DNA from: Basidiobolus meristosporus CBS 931.73
Taxonomy: Eukaryota > Fungi > Basidiobolomycota
Assembly: GCA_002104905.1 (NCBI GenBank)
Contig: MCFE01000038.1
Span: forward strand, 1-64,000
Reading direction: 5' to 3'
DNA: 64,000 nt
Every line of letters begins with the position of its first letter. Within the stretch, counting starts at the first letter, position 1. Below the pieces are notes generated by a model. The model had not been told where the DNA came from and searched no databases. It saw only the letters and a program-made list of their open reading frames with translations. The translations under genes and the position numbers were made by a program. This document shows positions 1 through 13,050 of this stretch, in pieces.

Positions 1-468
1 CGGGCAGGAGATGGTAATTACCGAGGGGATTAATTGATCGGTCACTCTGCATCCCCATAAACCTTTGCAATGACGACATTGTAATCCGCTGTAGATTAGG
101 TTTCAAATGAGAGACCTTCCTATTTCCAATATCGATCTTTTTTGATTCAATTGGTGCCTATTTGGCAAGACGTCCATTTGCACATATTGCCCTTTGGGGA
201 ACTCTACCGTCATATATTAGTCAACTGTGACCCACATGATGGGCCCACACCTCTCAAGTTCATCAGTGCTCTATCCATGTGCTGTTGTGTCCATTTGCCT
301 AGGTGAAACAAGCCAGATATCGCCGAACAGATCACGAATATGATGCACATGGGATTGTGATCCATCCGATCTGTAGAAATCTGAATGGATCAGAGTTATG
401 GTTAACTACGTTTAATCGAAGATTGTGCTTAGGGTTAGCATCGAGTTCCCTCCTGTGGTGCCTACAAA

Positions 469-2492
469 TCAACCACTTCTTTTACTCTCCAAATAGTTGA
501 TCATGAGCGAGCTGAGTGTATTCGCCTCAGGGAGTTTCTCCTGGAAAAATGCGGCAGTGTCCAAGAAGCGTTTCTTGTAACTATCCATGTTGCTGTGTTC
601 AATACATTGCGACCAGCCGAGTGTTGCTAGGTAGTACTATAAACAAGTTGTTTACCTAAGTGAAATCTCAAGGACAGGCCAGTCTAACATACCGCCAGAT
701 CGTGGGTACGAATCTGCCGATCGTACAAGGCCGTGTGTATTCCCATTTCCAATGCCTCCTCATCCCGCAGTGAATGCTCGATTATTCCAAGCCACAGCCT
801 AAAAAGTGGTGTTTGACAGATGAGATGGTCGTATGGGTTGATGCCCAAGTTGTACCAGCAATCTACCTGAAAGTAGTCAAAGTTTATGAAAATTTGGAAT
901 AAAGCTTATTGGAGTAGGTATTAGTACCATGGCAAATAACGATAGATGCGAATTTGGCCTCTCGCTGGCTTTCGGAACTGTAGACAGAGAGAACTCATTC
1001 AGGATATCCTCGGGCAACTCGATATAAGGATTTGCCTTATCGACACCAAAGATAAACTCTCTAGCCTGCGTACGTACATTAGTTTCAACGTCAATACATA
1101 AAAGCAAGTCACAATCCTTACTTTGTGAATTCTATCTCTAAACTCTGATTCTCTTTCCGAAATTATGAGTTGATACAGTGTTGCTACTGATTCCCCGTAT
1201 TGCTTGATTTGTGCACGAGCGTACGAGTTCATAATCGCAATACCTACAGTAAGCGTAGCTTTAGCGCACCAGGAGAAACAAGGGGATGGTACCACATACC
1301 TGCGTAGACATGCCATTTGTTGCTATATATACGGAGTGCCATGTTCACCTTGACATTGCCGATCCCACCGGTGTAGGCCGGATCTTCCCACTGAAATAAA
1401 ACCAGTCTGGTCAACAATCATGGGCAGTCAAGAGAATAGCAACACATACTGGAACAATTCCACAAGTTCTCCATGCCGTCCCCATGCTGGCAAGATGAAG
1501 CTACATTAGAATCTGGGTAGAATACTCCAATTCTAATCTTGGGATGTATACCTCTCAAAAGCTAAATGAGTTGCTGCTTGTGTGTCGGCTGTTATTCTAG
1601 ATAAATACTCTTACGTTGGTATCTGGATCGATGGATGTGGCTAATTGGTAAAACACCTATACCGATCATGCTCTTGCCAGGTTAGCGGGATAGTTTTGGA
1701 GTTGAGGCTTGCTAAGATACGACACACTAGTGCATATTGGGCTTGACCACTGCGATGATTGATGATAATCTGAAAATAAAGGTCAATTTGGGCTTGTAGG
1801 GGCTGTATTTCTTACCTACAAGAGGTTGGTCCGTTGGATCGACATTGGGCCCATGAAGAGAATGGCAGGTAACGATACTTATATCATCTGGAAGATGCTT
1901 CTCAAATGCTTCTATTTCTGGTTGCTTCACTGAAGTCTGTCGATACCCATAGGTAAACAGCAAATCAAATCAGAAAGAAGTAGTTACCAAGGTACCTGTC
2001 CTCCTACTATGGCGCCCAACTTGGTGGCTGACATAGGGTTTAGCGCTCAGAAGATGCGTAGATGGATAAATAAAATATGACGTACATGGCCCATACTGTC
2101 GTACGACTGAATTGATAAATTCCGCCTCTACAGAATAAATGATGAAATCACTCCTTCGTGAAACCAGATGACCGTTTTCGAGTACTGTCACACCACTCCC
2201 TAGGAATATATCCACAGATAAGAAACAACGAACCCATACTTACTTCGGTGGAAGTACCTTCGAATTGTTTCTTAACCGTTCCAAAGCGTTCTGGCAGGTC
2301 GCATATGTTTACCCTATACGGAATTGTTGTTGAATATAGCCTAAATAGAGCACGTCCCTTTAACCTGAATGGATCCTACTTCCAGCCAGCTTCTCGGATT
2401 TTCCGTGCGTATAGTTGTCCCATCACCCCTGCACCTATAATCCCAACCTCAATACTGTTCTTTTCAAGCTCGATATCCTTCTGGCCCAGCAT
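469..2492 (-). CDS. TYR1: Prephenate dehydrogenase (NADP+), about 13 exons
   Basis: Spliced translation gives MLGQKDIELEKNSIEVGIIGAGVMGQLYARKIREAGWK (Rossmann GxGxxG), LENGHLVSRRSDFIIYSVEAEFI, GGQTSVKQPEIEAFEKHLP, CHSLHGPNVD, EHDRITADTQAATHLAF, NVKVNMALRIYSNKWHVYAG and PNSHLSLFAMVDCWY. These blocks match yeast Tyr1 as I recall it. ATG at 2492, TGA at 469-471, canonical GT-AG introns. Confidence 0.95.
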
Positions 2493-5405
2493 TACCTATA
2501 TCGCGGAAATCTCGACAGGCTGTTCTGCCGTGGTCTTATAAATCTCTTGTCTTTGACACAAACGTACCAGATATTGCTGAAACCAGGTGGTTATCGTGTT
2601 CTGAAACGAAATGCCTTGTGACTCCCATTACATGGCCGCAAACAGAGCATATCTGAAACGGCAATGGTTTATCCTAGGAAATAAGATAAAGGCTTTGATT
2701 CATTCAATACCTAACCCTTATAGAGCCACACGACATTGATCTGTGGCAGATTGTTACTGTTCAAAGGTTCTGCCACCATAAGAGCCGATCTTAAAACGCC
2801 TATGTCTTTATAATTGGAGTCTTTGTGTAGTGGCTCATGAATTAGCCTTTACGTGTTGGTTGGGTCTCGCAGTTTTACTCATATCTCCTATGTTATAGAA
2901 TTCGCAAGTACAATATTCAAGTATGAGTATAACGCAACAGACCGATCACATCGGGTCATCAACTGTACCCCAACCGCCACCAAGTCCGTGTGTACTTTCA
3001 AGCCATGCCATGCATTGAGATATGGGGGTCACAACAGTGCTCTCTCCACGGTCTGCCATTAGGCATCCATAAATAGCGTTGCAAGTTGATTGAACCATAT
3101 AAGAGGCTTCAGATTAGATATCGATAGTAGGACATGATGCATTCGTTCGTACAGATAACAAGGCTAGAAAGTATATTTGGACATTTGAAGCCATGCACTG
3201 AATTGTCCACCTAATGTATTAGCCAACCACAGATTGGGATTTGCGAACCGACAAGGCTCATACTGATCTTGGGTTCCACATGGGAATCGGCATATGGCAG
3301 TGGATTATATTTGGCAAGAAATCTCGTTTCAACTAGAGGTTACCCAAGGGCCTGCTCGAGGCCATAATCGGCAATGGCCGATTATAGACATATTAGAGGG
3401 ATGTATATTCAGGGGCCAGGCAATATTGATCGCTAAGCTGTATATCTAACATAAAATCGCCCAGATTCACATGGATAGGGACCCGATATATGTGGTAGTA
3501 GACATGCTGAAAATAGGGAAACAAATGGCCAAATTACTTTCCAAGAATATGTGGAAAAGGGCTTAGGGGTACGACCCCGCCGTCGGTAACTAACCAAACA
3601 CCAAGACATCGTGACAATCTTGGTCTGCACCTATAATTGTCTTTATCATTCATTTCTAAACACTCCGCCTCATTGGTAACCCTGGGAAGAACATACTCTT
3701 AATCCACTTTAGAGTTTACATCGATTGGAAGCGAGGGCAATACACATCAGGAATATGATTCGTTTACGGAAAATGCTTAATGAATACCTAGAACGGATAA
3801 GATAACAATCCCTTTCAGTAATCCGAGCGTTCCTTTAGGCATAATAAAATCTTCAATTAGGTGACTGTAGGAAAGAGAATTCTGATTGTCACATCCTAAT
3901 GTAGTACATAGAGGAGCAGGCTGGAAGCTCGATACCCTCAACGCATTGCAATCATAGGCTGACGGGCATGATCTTTGCTATTCTTTTTGCCGACCAGGGT
4001 CACAATGTAAGTAATGAATCTCTATCCTACAACTCCCAATTCGTCTATTCCAGTACAGGTCACACTACTACGCTAAGGAAATCCCTTGGAGCATCAGATG
4101 CTGTGTTGATCCGAGATGTCTCCTCTACTCCAATCCCCTCCATGGTAGAGAGGCGGTATATTAGGAAATATCTTTTGCTCGATCCCTTGTATTTTCAAGT
4201 GTATTCTCCAAGTCATGGATCAGTAACTACAAAACTGGTCACTGAGACCAGCTACAAAGATGGCATGTTTCAAGTCTTGTCAGTGCCGAGCACGGTTACG
4301 ATCGTGCATATCAGGAAAGTCGGATAGCAACATCATGTTACCTTATTATTCCTGTTTACCTTGGTAGTCAGCACCCAGCCTCGTGATATTTTTGCTATGT
4401 AGAAGCTATTTGGATATACACGGTACACAAAGATTTGTACTGCGAGGAGTTCTTTAATCCTATGGTGTACAGCATCATTCCTGTCGACCAATGACGTCAG
4501 GTAGGATCCCACCAGATATACCACTCTGGATTTGGAGACCAGCACTTTATTCAAAAAGGAAATCCACGTGGGAAAATTCTCCATATCGGCAAGGTACCAA
4601 TGGGATTAATTACCGATTAACTGATCCCCTGATGTCAATACCTAGATTGAGGCACCTTCATATTAATAACTCCAAGATTTCAAGCCTACCTTATACATGA
4701 TCTATAGATCTGTAGTGCTGTGAAAACATCAGGGGGTTCCTTTTGCTGTCGTGGCAGTGGTAATTGAAATAAGTTTTTCCATCAACCAATGTTACGCATG
4801 ATCGCTATATGACACTGGAAATATGCGGGCTGGAGGACATTCAAGATCTCATGGACTCCAAGGCCCTTATCCAGCTGAGTAACAATCACGTTCCCGACAC
4901 CAATCATGTCATGGAGATGATTTAAACTCTTGTGAGTAGATAAGCCATCAGGAGTCGGGGAGATTGTTTAATTGGATTGAGTAAATACGAATATTTGGCT
5001 GTTAACAGAAACCGAAGAAACAAACAAATCTACACATACACGAGACCAACTCGTCTCTCCATACATGGAGAATTGGTTCGTTGAAAAAACAAATGCTGCT
5101 TGATTCCGAATTCCGTGGGAATCACGCTTACTTGGTGTTGGATTAAACGGGGACTAGGGCTTCCTCGTGGACTACCTCGTAAACGATCCATTTTCTGCTT
5201 GCGATGTAGTACATAAGATAGGTTGGTCTTAAACGTGTATCAGCTTCAAACCCTCTGAAGAACAGCGTAGAAGCGATGCGAAATAAAATATATCTCATAT
5301 GGACTATTGCTTACAGTTACATCAATACATATTGAATTGCAGTTGACCACCTTAGAGGTTACACTCAGGATCTGGGAGAGTTCTAGATTAATGTAAAGTT
5401 AGAGT

Positions 5406-8231
5406 TCACCAAGGAACATCAATGATACTGCTTAGTTGGCGAACCTTCGGAGATGCGTAGGCGGATGTTCGAAGAGATGATACATCACTTGGAACATTAC
5501 TCCGAACACATGGATTGATGCTGGACGCACTTGGGGACGAGATTAAGGAAGAATACTGGTATGGCATCGAATACTTCGGGTTCTGCAACTGAACAAGCCC
5601 ATTCAGAGGGCCAGGGAACCGGTTGGGCTCGGTGGGCCTGGATGACATGGGGGGTGGCCGAGCAGCTTCCGCCAAGTTTGGGGTTGTTTCTGTCCGGTTG
5701 GGAACCGAGGGTTCCGCCATATATTGTCCGACGTACTCGTTCCACTCATCAAAGTCGAACGACATAGGGATATCCCACACCGGAGCATTGCCAGCGTTGA
5801 CATACTCCTCTAAGGCTCTATGGTTCACTGATGACATCTCAGATAGGGTGTTCGAAGGTACACTCAAATTAAAGACTACATTGGGTACTGCGCCATTCAT
5901 AGCATATGGATCTTGTGGAATTACCATTTGATATTGTTCCGGGTCATTGGTAGAAAGAGGTGGATTGGACTGCATTGGGTTATTTTTGGGAACGTTCAAT
6001 TCATCCACTCCCCGAAAGCCGTTGAAACCGGCTTGGTTTGAGCTATTGTTGTCTGAAGTATTCTCCAGGAACGGGGACGATGCAGACTGGGTGGTTGAAT
6101 GGATTGACTGTTGTCGGTCGATCCACTGCGTAGGGATATACGGGTTTACCTCAGTAAGATTTGGCTTGGATATCGGGCTACATTGCGGTTGCTGCGTTAC
6201 AGTCGGGTCGGGCTCATCCTTCAACTTACTTAAACCTGTAGACTCCATCTGTGGCCTTTCCTCGGTCTCTTTTGCATGCTGCGTATCCTCTGGTGCTTCC
6301 TCCAGCTCTAAGTTGATGTTTCGTGCCGCTATTACATCTAGGAGTAATACTTGATATTTACCAACGCATCCCCATTTCTGTTTGATCTGCTCAAATATAT
6401 GGATGTTTTTGGCCAGGTGTTCCTTTGCTGGGTTGGCAAGCCAGGGGTCAGAAGAGGTTGCATTTAGAAGGTGTACGGTACTTGAAGTGAATATTGGGAA
6501 CAGCAGGAACACAACGGTTTGCTCCAGGACAGGCCTGCTCAAGCACGCTAAGATGATTGAAGTGATCCTGTTTGCCGCGGTAGTGCATATCGGTAATGAC
6601 GGATATGGGAATGTATAACTCTTGCCAGGCTTAGGAATGTAAGGTCGATGTAGGAGGATTAGAGCACAGTGATACCAGACATGCGCGTATATTAGTGTGG
6701 GTGAATTGGGGGGATTGTTCGCCGTGTATTCATTTGGGTTGAATTTGAGTTCCTCTGGCAAGGAAACCAACCAAGAGTGAAGCACAGAATCAAGCTCCAA
6801 AATGATTGAGCCATTCTTCCGCGGGTTGTGTGTTGGAAATGTTCGTATGGGATATATCTCACTCATAATTCGCCCAACAATTCTATACAGTCGAACAACT
6901 TGAACAAATGGCTTTAGTGCGAGGCCACTGCGAGGGGAGACGCCAACTCCGGACTCTAGCTTGTCATTTGGATCAACAAATGGAAGTGTTGTATCGTAGT
7001 GTCGGTCGTCAATGCATAATGGCCTTCCGACACATACGCTCGCATGGCGATCTATCTGATAGCACACCCACCATACTCGCTTCCTGGCTTCTTTTTCTTC
7101 CCGTGTAAGGCCTTTTATGTCCCACTTGTCGGGATTTCGGTGCAAACCAAGATCCTCTGCCATTCTAATCGCCATCCCGCTATACAACCACGCTCTCATA
7201 CCCCCATGTGTGATATGATGGTAGATCCCCAACAACACAAGGGCTTGGATGTTCTCTAACGAGCTCATTTCGTAGGTTTGATCCAACAAAACCCTGGCTT
7301 TTTTGTAAAAAGCATCAGGCGTAAGATTCTCTCGCTTCAGCACTTCTTCCGAAGAGATCAAAGTAGCGGACAACGCCAAGATGCTGTTCAATAAGAAGTA
7401 GGGCGGGATGTCCGCTTTGTTTAGGTGATCCAAAAAGTCACTCTTATGGAGTAGAGGAAAAATCGGGTTAATTCTACTGAAGTAAATTTCAAGGAGATAA
7501 CTAAACAACCCAGGAGAAGGTAATATGGATGGATTGGTCTCTGAATCACCAAAGTTGTTGAGGTTGATTTTTTCCGGAGAGCGGGACCTCATTTTAAAGG
7601 CTCCATCTCTGTAGCGCTCAGTTTGTCGAAGAAGGTAGAAACCGGAGCTAGTACCGCAGTACCTAAACCGACCATGATCATCCAAGGTCAGCTGTTCAGC
7701 CTCGTTACTCAGCTCTTCTAACTCAACGTCCTCCTTTTGGGTGGTTTCAGTAAACTCCGGAGAGTTGATGGAAGTGATTATCGGGTTCTCTCGTGGGGAG
7801 GAGGTGTAATTACTACTAGGCGGTGAGCTGTGTTCCAAGGGAGAATCAGTGACGTTATCCTTTTGCTCTCTGTATTCTTTGAGGTCCGAAGATTTGCTTC
7901 GTGAATGGTTGCGCGTGGAAGTTACAGAGGTGGCCTCCGGATCTTCCTCCAACTTGCGTAGTTCGGCTATCACATTTTCGGCGGTACGGGGATCCCCCTG
8001 TACAAGGCCACCCAATATGTGCTCCATTCTATGAAGGCGGCTTTCGATTGCTTCTATATAGCCCTTGGGAGGTCCGCGCTTTTTGGTTGTATCGTTGTAG
8101 GTACATTCGATTCCAATTGTTTTGCAGTTGGAACAGATAGGCTGAGCACCGTCGCAGCGTACTTTCTTCCGGCGGCAATTGTCACATGCTCTACTGACAC
8201 GTTGTCTCTTTTGCCCATCTTCGGCACCCAT
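5406..8231 (-). CDS. Zn(II)2Cys6 transcription factor with fungal-specific TF (middle homology) domain, 941 aa, single exon
   Basis: RACDNCRRKKVRCDGAQPICSNCKTIGIECTY binuclear cluster followed by a KKRGPPKGYIEAIESRL dimerisation helix. The middle region has YFSRINPIFPLLH, AWLYSGMAIRMAEDLGLHR and RKRVWWVCYQIDR. Uninterrupted 2.8-kb ORF. Confidence 0.97.
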   Translation of the reverse strand: MGAEDGQKRQRVSRACDNCRRKKVRCDGAQPICSNCKTIGIECTYNDTTKKRGPPKGYIEAIESRLHRMEHILGGLVQGDPRTAENVIAELRKLEEDPEATSVTSTRNHSRSKSSDLKEYREQKDNVTDSPLEHSSPPSSNYTSSPRENPIITSINSPEFTETTQKEDVELEELSNEAEQLTLDDHGRFRYCGTSSGFYLLRQTERYRDGAFKMRSRSPEKINLNNFGDSETNPSILPSPGLFSYLLEIYFSRINPIFPLLHKSDFLDHLNKADIPPYFLLNSILALSATLISSEEVLKRENLTPDAFYKKARVLLDQTYEMSSLENIQALVLLGIYHHITHGGMRAWLYSGMAIRMAEDLGLHRNPDKWDIKGLTREEKEARKRVWWVCYQIDRHASVCVGRPLCIDDRHYDTTLPFVDPNDKLESGVGVSPRSGLALKPFVQVVRLYRIVGRIMSEIYPIRTFPTHNPRKNGSIILELDSVLHSWLVSLPEELKFNPNEYTANNPPNSPTLIYAHVWYHCALILLHRPYIPKPGKSYTFPYPSLPICTTAANRITSIILACLSRPVLEQTVVFLLFPIFTSSTVHLLNATSSDPWLANPAKEHLAKNIHIFEQIKQKWGCVGKYQVLLLDVIAARNINLELEEAPEDTQHAKETEERPQMESTGLSKLKDEPDPTVTQQPQCSPISKPNLTEVNPYIPTQWIDRQQSIHSTTQSASSPFLENTSDNNSSNQAGFNGFRGVDELNVPKNNPMQSNPPLSTNDPEQYQMVIPQDPYAMNGAVPNVVFNLSVPSNTLSEMSSVNHRALEEYVNAGNAPVWDIPMSFDFDEWNEYVGQYMAEPSVPNRTETTPNLAEAARPPPMSSRPTEPNRFPGPLNGLVQLQNPKYSMPYQYSSLISSPSASSINPCVRSNVPSDVSSLRTSAYASPKVRQLSSIIDVPW

Positions 8232-11200
8232 CGTCTTGGAAAGGGAGTTGTGGAGAAGTATTCAATAATCACGTTGTTTGCCAATCAGGTAGACTTGATA
8301 AAGCTGTGGAGTGTACTTCAAATGTTCTTTCTATGGAGAGCTTGTCAATATGTAGGTAAGGAGCAGAAGTTTCAAAACGGGTAAAGAATACTCGAGTTTG
8401 AGAGCACTTGGATCTCTAATATTAAGCCCACCCCAACACAAAATGCGATGGTCGCAACAATGATTCAACAATTTCAGTCCTGTATCACCTGGCCCATTTT
8501 GGCACACACCACTTCTTTGTATGGAAGATTTTCATTCCCGATGCAATACGGATGGATCCGATGATTCATGATCAAATTACCATTATCAGCTAATGATTAT
8601 GTGCAGCCGACTAAATCAGAAAATACCCCTGGCCTGTCACTTCCTTTGTCTTGCAATCAAGAGTCCCTGCCCTACTTCGCATGCAATGGCGGTTGAAACC
8701 AAAAGCTAGACCTCAGGGAAGACCATAGGCCAAGAAGCTACAGCCGAAATTTCTGAGATTTGGGAAAGCCACAGCTAATGTCTACCTGCTTCTGGTAGAA
8801 AACCCTACCCCGATACCGATTAATGGTATGGGGATCGCTGGAGGCTGATCAAGCATCCGAGTTCCAAAGACGTATGACCCAACGTCATGTGATCCAAGGA
8901 GGTTTACAAACTCTACCAAAATGGTCAATATGAACCAGCCACTAGCTTAAAGTAAAAGGAATGTGGTACGAGCCCAAGTAGGCTGGTACCTTATCGCCAC
9001 AGAGTATGCAGATGGGTAGAGAGGGTTCTACCAATAGCCACTTTCCCATGGAATCCGTAGCAGGTTTAAGAAGTGTTTTTGGTGTACTGACTTCCCAATT
9101 AGAAATTGGCTGATGAGTATCGTTTCTCCTTCATGAGGCCAAATATGATCACTGCATTGCTATATCCAATTCGCTCAATTAGTAATCCATTGACTTCCAA
9201 TGATCATTTGAATCGCCACCCCAACCCATTATCCTGCCTCATGTTTCGTGGTTTAAAAATAGTCACATATATCTACTCAATACATCATTAGATGACCTCG
9301 ATTTAACAAGTAATACATATATTCAGGTGCAGGTCTGTTTCTATTTTTGGTGAGATCGAGGGTTCCACAATTCGAGAGGGCCACTTTACTTCCTGGCTCT
9401 AGTCATCACATTGAAGCAAGTCATCAACAGATGTAGATACTGCCTCTAGCCAACCATGCGGTCAGATCGATGCCTAACTGGCGTGCGATGCGAATACCGC
9501 ATGTATCTGAGGGATGATCATCGTACATCGAACGGCACAATTATTCCGCGTACGATTTATATAATCATTGGTTACTGACGGCTATAGGTAGTGACTTCGT
9601 GGTTTTGGCCTATAATTCCCTGTTCATCCTGAACTGGATGTCAAATATATGTTGAAGGATCAGGAGCAATCACCTGCAAAGTTTTATATATTTATCCACA
9701 TGCTGTTGTTGAGGATCTTGTGCTTGACGTGTTCACTGACAATTTATCTAGTCGGCGGAGCCCACTGCATCCTCGTAGATCCTATTTAGGACTTCTGAAT
9801 GGAGTATTTTCCGGCCTAATTTCAAATATGTAAAATCAGCAGTGAGTATATCTGAGCAGGCATTTGGGAGCCATGGCCATTCGGAAGGTTTCAAAGAATC
9901 GGCAGTTCACGGATATGTCTTAGGAGCATAGAAGACAGGTGATGCTTAGTTTTTGCTGGGGGGTCATAAGGTACTCACTATACTACTAGTGTGGATGGCT
10001 CAGAGTATACGCTACAACAGCAGGATTTCTGACTAGCTTGGAGTAATGGGTAAAACCTCTATAGCCCATTATCATAATCTTGCCAGTGTATGTAAAGAGC
10101 ATACTATTGGTTATAAAATTTCATGCCAATACCTCATTCCTTGCCAGACATCAACAAGAGGCCTTGCACTACAGCAGCTACATTGTACTTCATAGTCAAA
10201 TCTATCTGCGTAGTGATGTTTGTTTTCATCAAGTAGTAGAGAGTTGAATGGTTTTCGATTTGCCCGTCTCTTCATATAAAGCCATAACTCAACCAAATCA
10301 TCTAGTGATCTGAGAAGCAGCGCTTCTATGCCATACTAGATAAAACCTATGTAGTTTAGTTGCTCGAATTGTGTAACGAACTAGGATTGTTATATAAATA
10401 TGCAAAATCATCAGGTCACATGCTCCCAATCAGAAGATGACTCTATATTCTATGAGAATGTGTGCCAGGTGGAGTGACATCACACTCGGGGAATTCATAT
10501 GAATGTGTTGATGGTTCTGACTGCAACAAGCCTCGGTTCATCCCAAGCATAATAAATCATCAGTACAGTGAGCTTTTGTTACCTGGGGAGCTGAATATTC
10601 CATATAGCAGCTACTGCGATAGTGTGGTAAGCTAGTCTTTGAAAAATCGCCGCCAATATTCGTGGCGCGGTCGTTTCTCGTGAGACTCAAAATGCTGTAG
10701 AGATTGTGGTAGCCTGATGATCATCCTAGGGTATCCGTATAATCCTGTATTTTTTATCATGCTTAGCCATAGCACGCCATGAGGCCTAATGGACATACGA
10801 AGTCTATAATCCGGTTACAGCGCGAAGATTTAACAAAGGAACATGACTAAACAAACAGCCATCCAATTGGATACGGACTCATTACGAACACAAGATGTGA
10901 CAAACTTAATCAGCTATCTTAAGATTACAACGTTTCGCTGATGATCCATACACACCGCTGGCCCAGTGAGCTAAAATTGATACCATGGCGCCATTTTTTT
11001 GGATCTCACATCACCGATTGTTGATGGAACTTTAGGGTCCCAACGTACCTGTCTTTTTAGGTTTAGTACTGACTTTACCCCATTTCCATGCTACCATCAC
11101 TATAGCCAATCGATCCAGAGCTTCATGATGAAAGTTTACTACTTTTTGTTGCAAGTATTCTTCAAGTCCAGTACCACTGGTGTACGTCGAGTAACAAACG

Positions 11201-11369
11201 CAAAAATCTAAAATATGTCGCCATACTGGGTCACCGCCAGCAGAAATTCCATGACCTAATTGGAGGAGGTTACCCACAGAAAATGTATTTAAATACTATG
11301 CGAACACATTACCTAGTATCCAGCCTTCATCACTTGAACTGTCCCGAAGTAACGGATGGCTAACTTTAG

Positions 11370-13050
11370 TGACTCCACGAGTGTAGTGAGTGGTAGCAGT
11401 ACTCGGAAACTTGCCCGCTCCATGGGTTTGTTTAGTGGAACCGTAAGTCAATTTTAGTTCAGAGTAGGAGCATGGCAGGTCAGCTGACCCTAATCTTGCC
11501 CTAGATGAACATCGTAGGAACGATTGTAGGCTCAGGAATTTTCAGTCTCCCAGCCTTGGTATTTGCTCATGTTGGCTCTCCTGGAATGTCCATTCTTTTG
11601 TGGATCATAGGAGGGCTTGTTAGTTTCTCTGGTGTATTGGGATACAATGAGTTTGGTTGCGTAAGTACTCTGTCTTTTGCCACTGATCGGGGGGCTGCTT
11701 ATTAACTCTTTTAATCATTAGATGTTTCCGTATAATGGTGGGGAGAAGGAGTACCTTGAGCGCTCCTTTAAGAAACCCAAGAAGCTATTCTCATTTCTCT
11801 TCTGCATGTGCTTGATCATTTTCATCCGTAGTAGCTTTTGTGCTGCTATATCCACCAACATCGGCAATTATGTCCTATATGCCATATATGGTCCCAGAGA
11901 TACTATCACGGATCCCTTCATAGCCAAGCACTTCGATTGGATTGGACGTGGAATCGCCGCTGCTGCTTTAATCATAATCACCGTCACGCAAATAGTTTCC
12001 ACAAAATGGACACTTAGGATTCAGGACACCCTCTCTGTCTTCAAAATTGCCCTTCTCGCATTGGTAGTAATCACCGGATTTGTGGTTCTTGGAGGGGGGT
12101 CTTCAGCAAAGCCGGTTCTCAAGGCAAGCACCTTGTTTGAAGGGACATCTAAGGATCCCACGGATTACACATGGGCATTGTTTAAAGTTTTGGCTGCATA
12201 CGACGGTAATCTCCACTTTCTTGAAACGTTGTGCGAATACTCAATATCTAAAACCCTTTAAGGTTGGAACAATCTTAATTACAGTATCGAGGAGCTAAAA
12301 AACCCCATAGAAATCCTTCCTAAAGCAACAACCATCGGTCTAGCTATTGTAGTGGTTCTATACGTGCTCAGCAATCTGGCTTTCTTCTCAGCCTTGCCGC
12401 TACAGAAAATCCTAGCCTCCCAACAGGTGGTCTCTGCAGAGTTCTTCGCAATGGTTTATGGAGTTTCATTTGGCCAACGTGTACTCCCGATATTCATCGC
12501 GCTGTCGGCGTACGGCTCGGTTTCCTGCATGGCGTTTGGAGCCTCAAGAGTGATCCTTGAATCTGCAAGGGAAGGGTTTTTACCATTCAAATCATACTTG
12601 GGATCCGTATCACGCCTGAACACGCCAGCTTGGGCTCTGCTGTTGAACTTGATCATCTCACTTATTCTAATGTTGGCGCCACCGCCAGGAGAGGCATATA
12701 ACTTCCTGATTGATATGACTGGCTATCCAGCATGGATCTTCTATGGCCTGTCCATGATCGGTCTGATCTACTTACGTAAGAAAGAGCCGCAACTACCTCG
12801 ACCATTCCGTACATCAATTATATTCTGCCTACTGTTCGTCCTGGTGTCATTTTTCCTGATGGTGTTCCCGTTTCTACCTCCTGCCAATTACAGTGGAACC
12901 ATTCCGTACTATATGAGCCCCCTACTCTCGGTGGTATTCATCCTCTTATGCATACCACTCTGGTGGTACCGGGTCGGAAGGCACCCCTCCGAGGAGCCAG
13001 AAAGACATCGTGTTATTGAGCATTACGATACCAAACTCGGCCAACCTTAA
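11370..13050 (+). CDS. APC-superfamily LAT-type (MUP1-like) amino-acid permease, at least 4 exons; 5' end unresolved
   Basis: Spliced: RKLARSMGLFSGT|MNIVGTIVGSGIFSLP (TM1), GC|MFPYNGGEKEYLERSF, AAYDG|WNNLNYSIEELKNP (TM6 signature), EPQLPRPFR. Stop at 13048-13050. An acceptor at 11369 implies an upstream exon that I could not place. Confidence 0.93.

Noticed and set aside
8019-8384. Overlapping or antisense ORFs and a possible uORF around the Zn2Cys6 start
   Set aside because: They use non-ATG starts or are shadows of the real ORF, and show no recognisable motifs.
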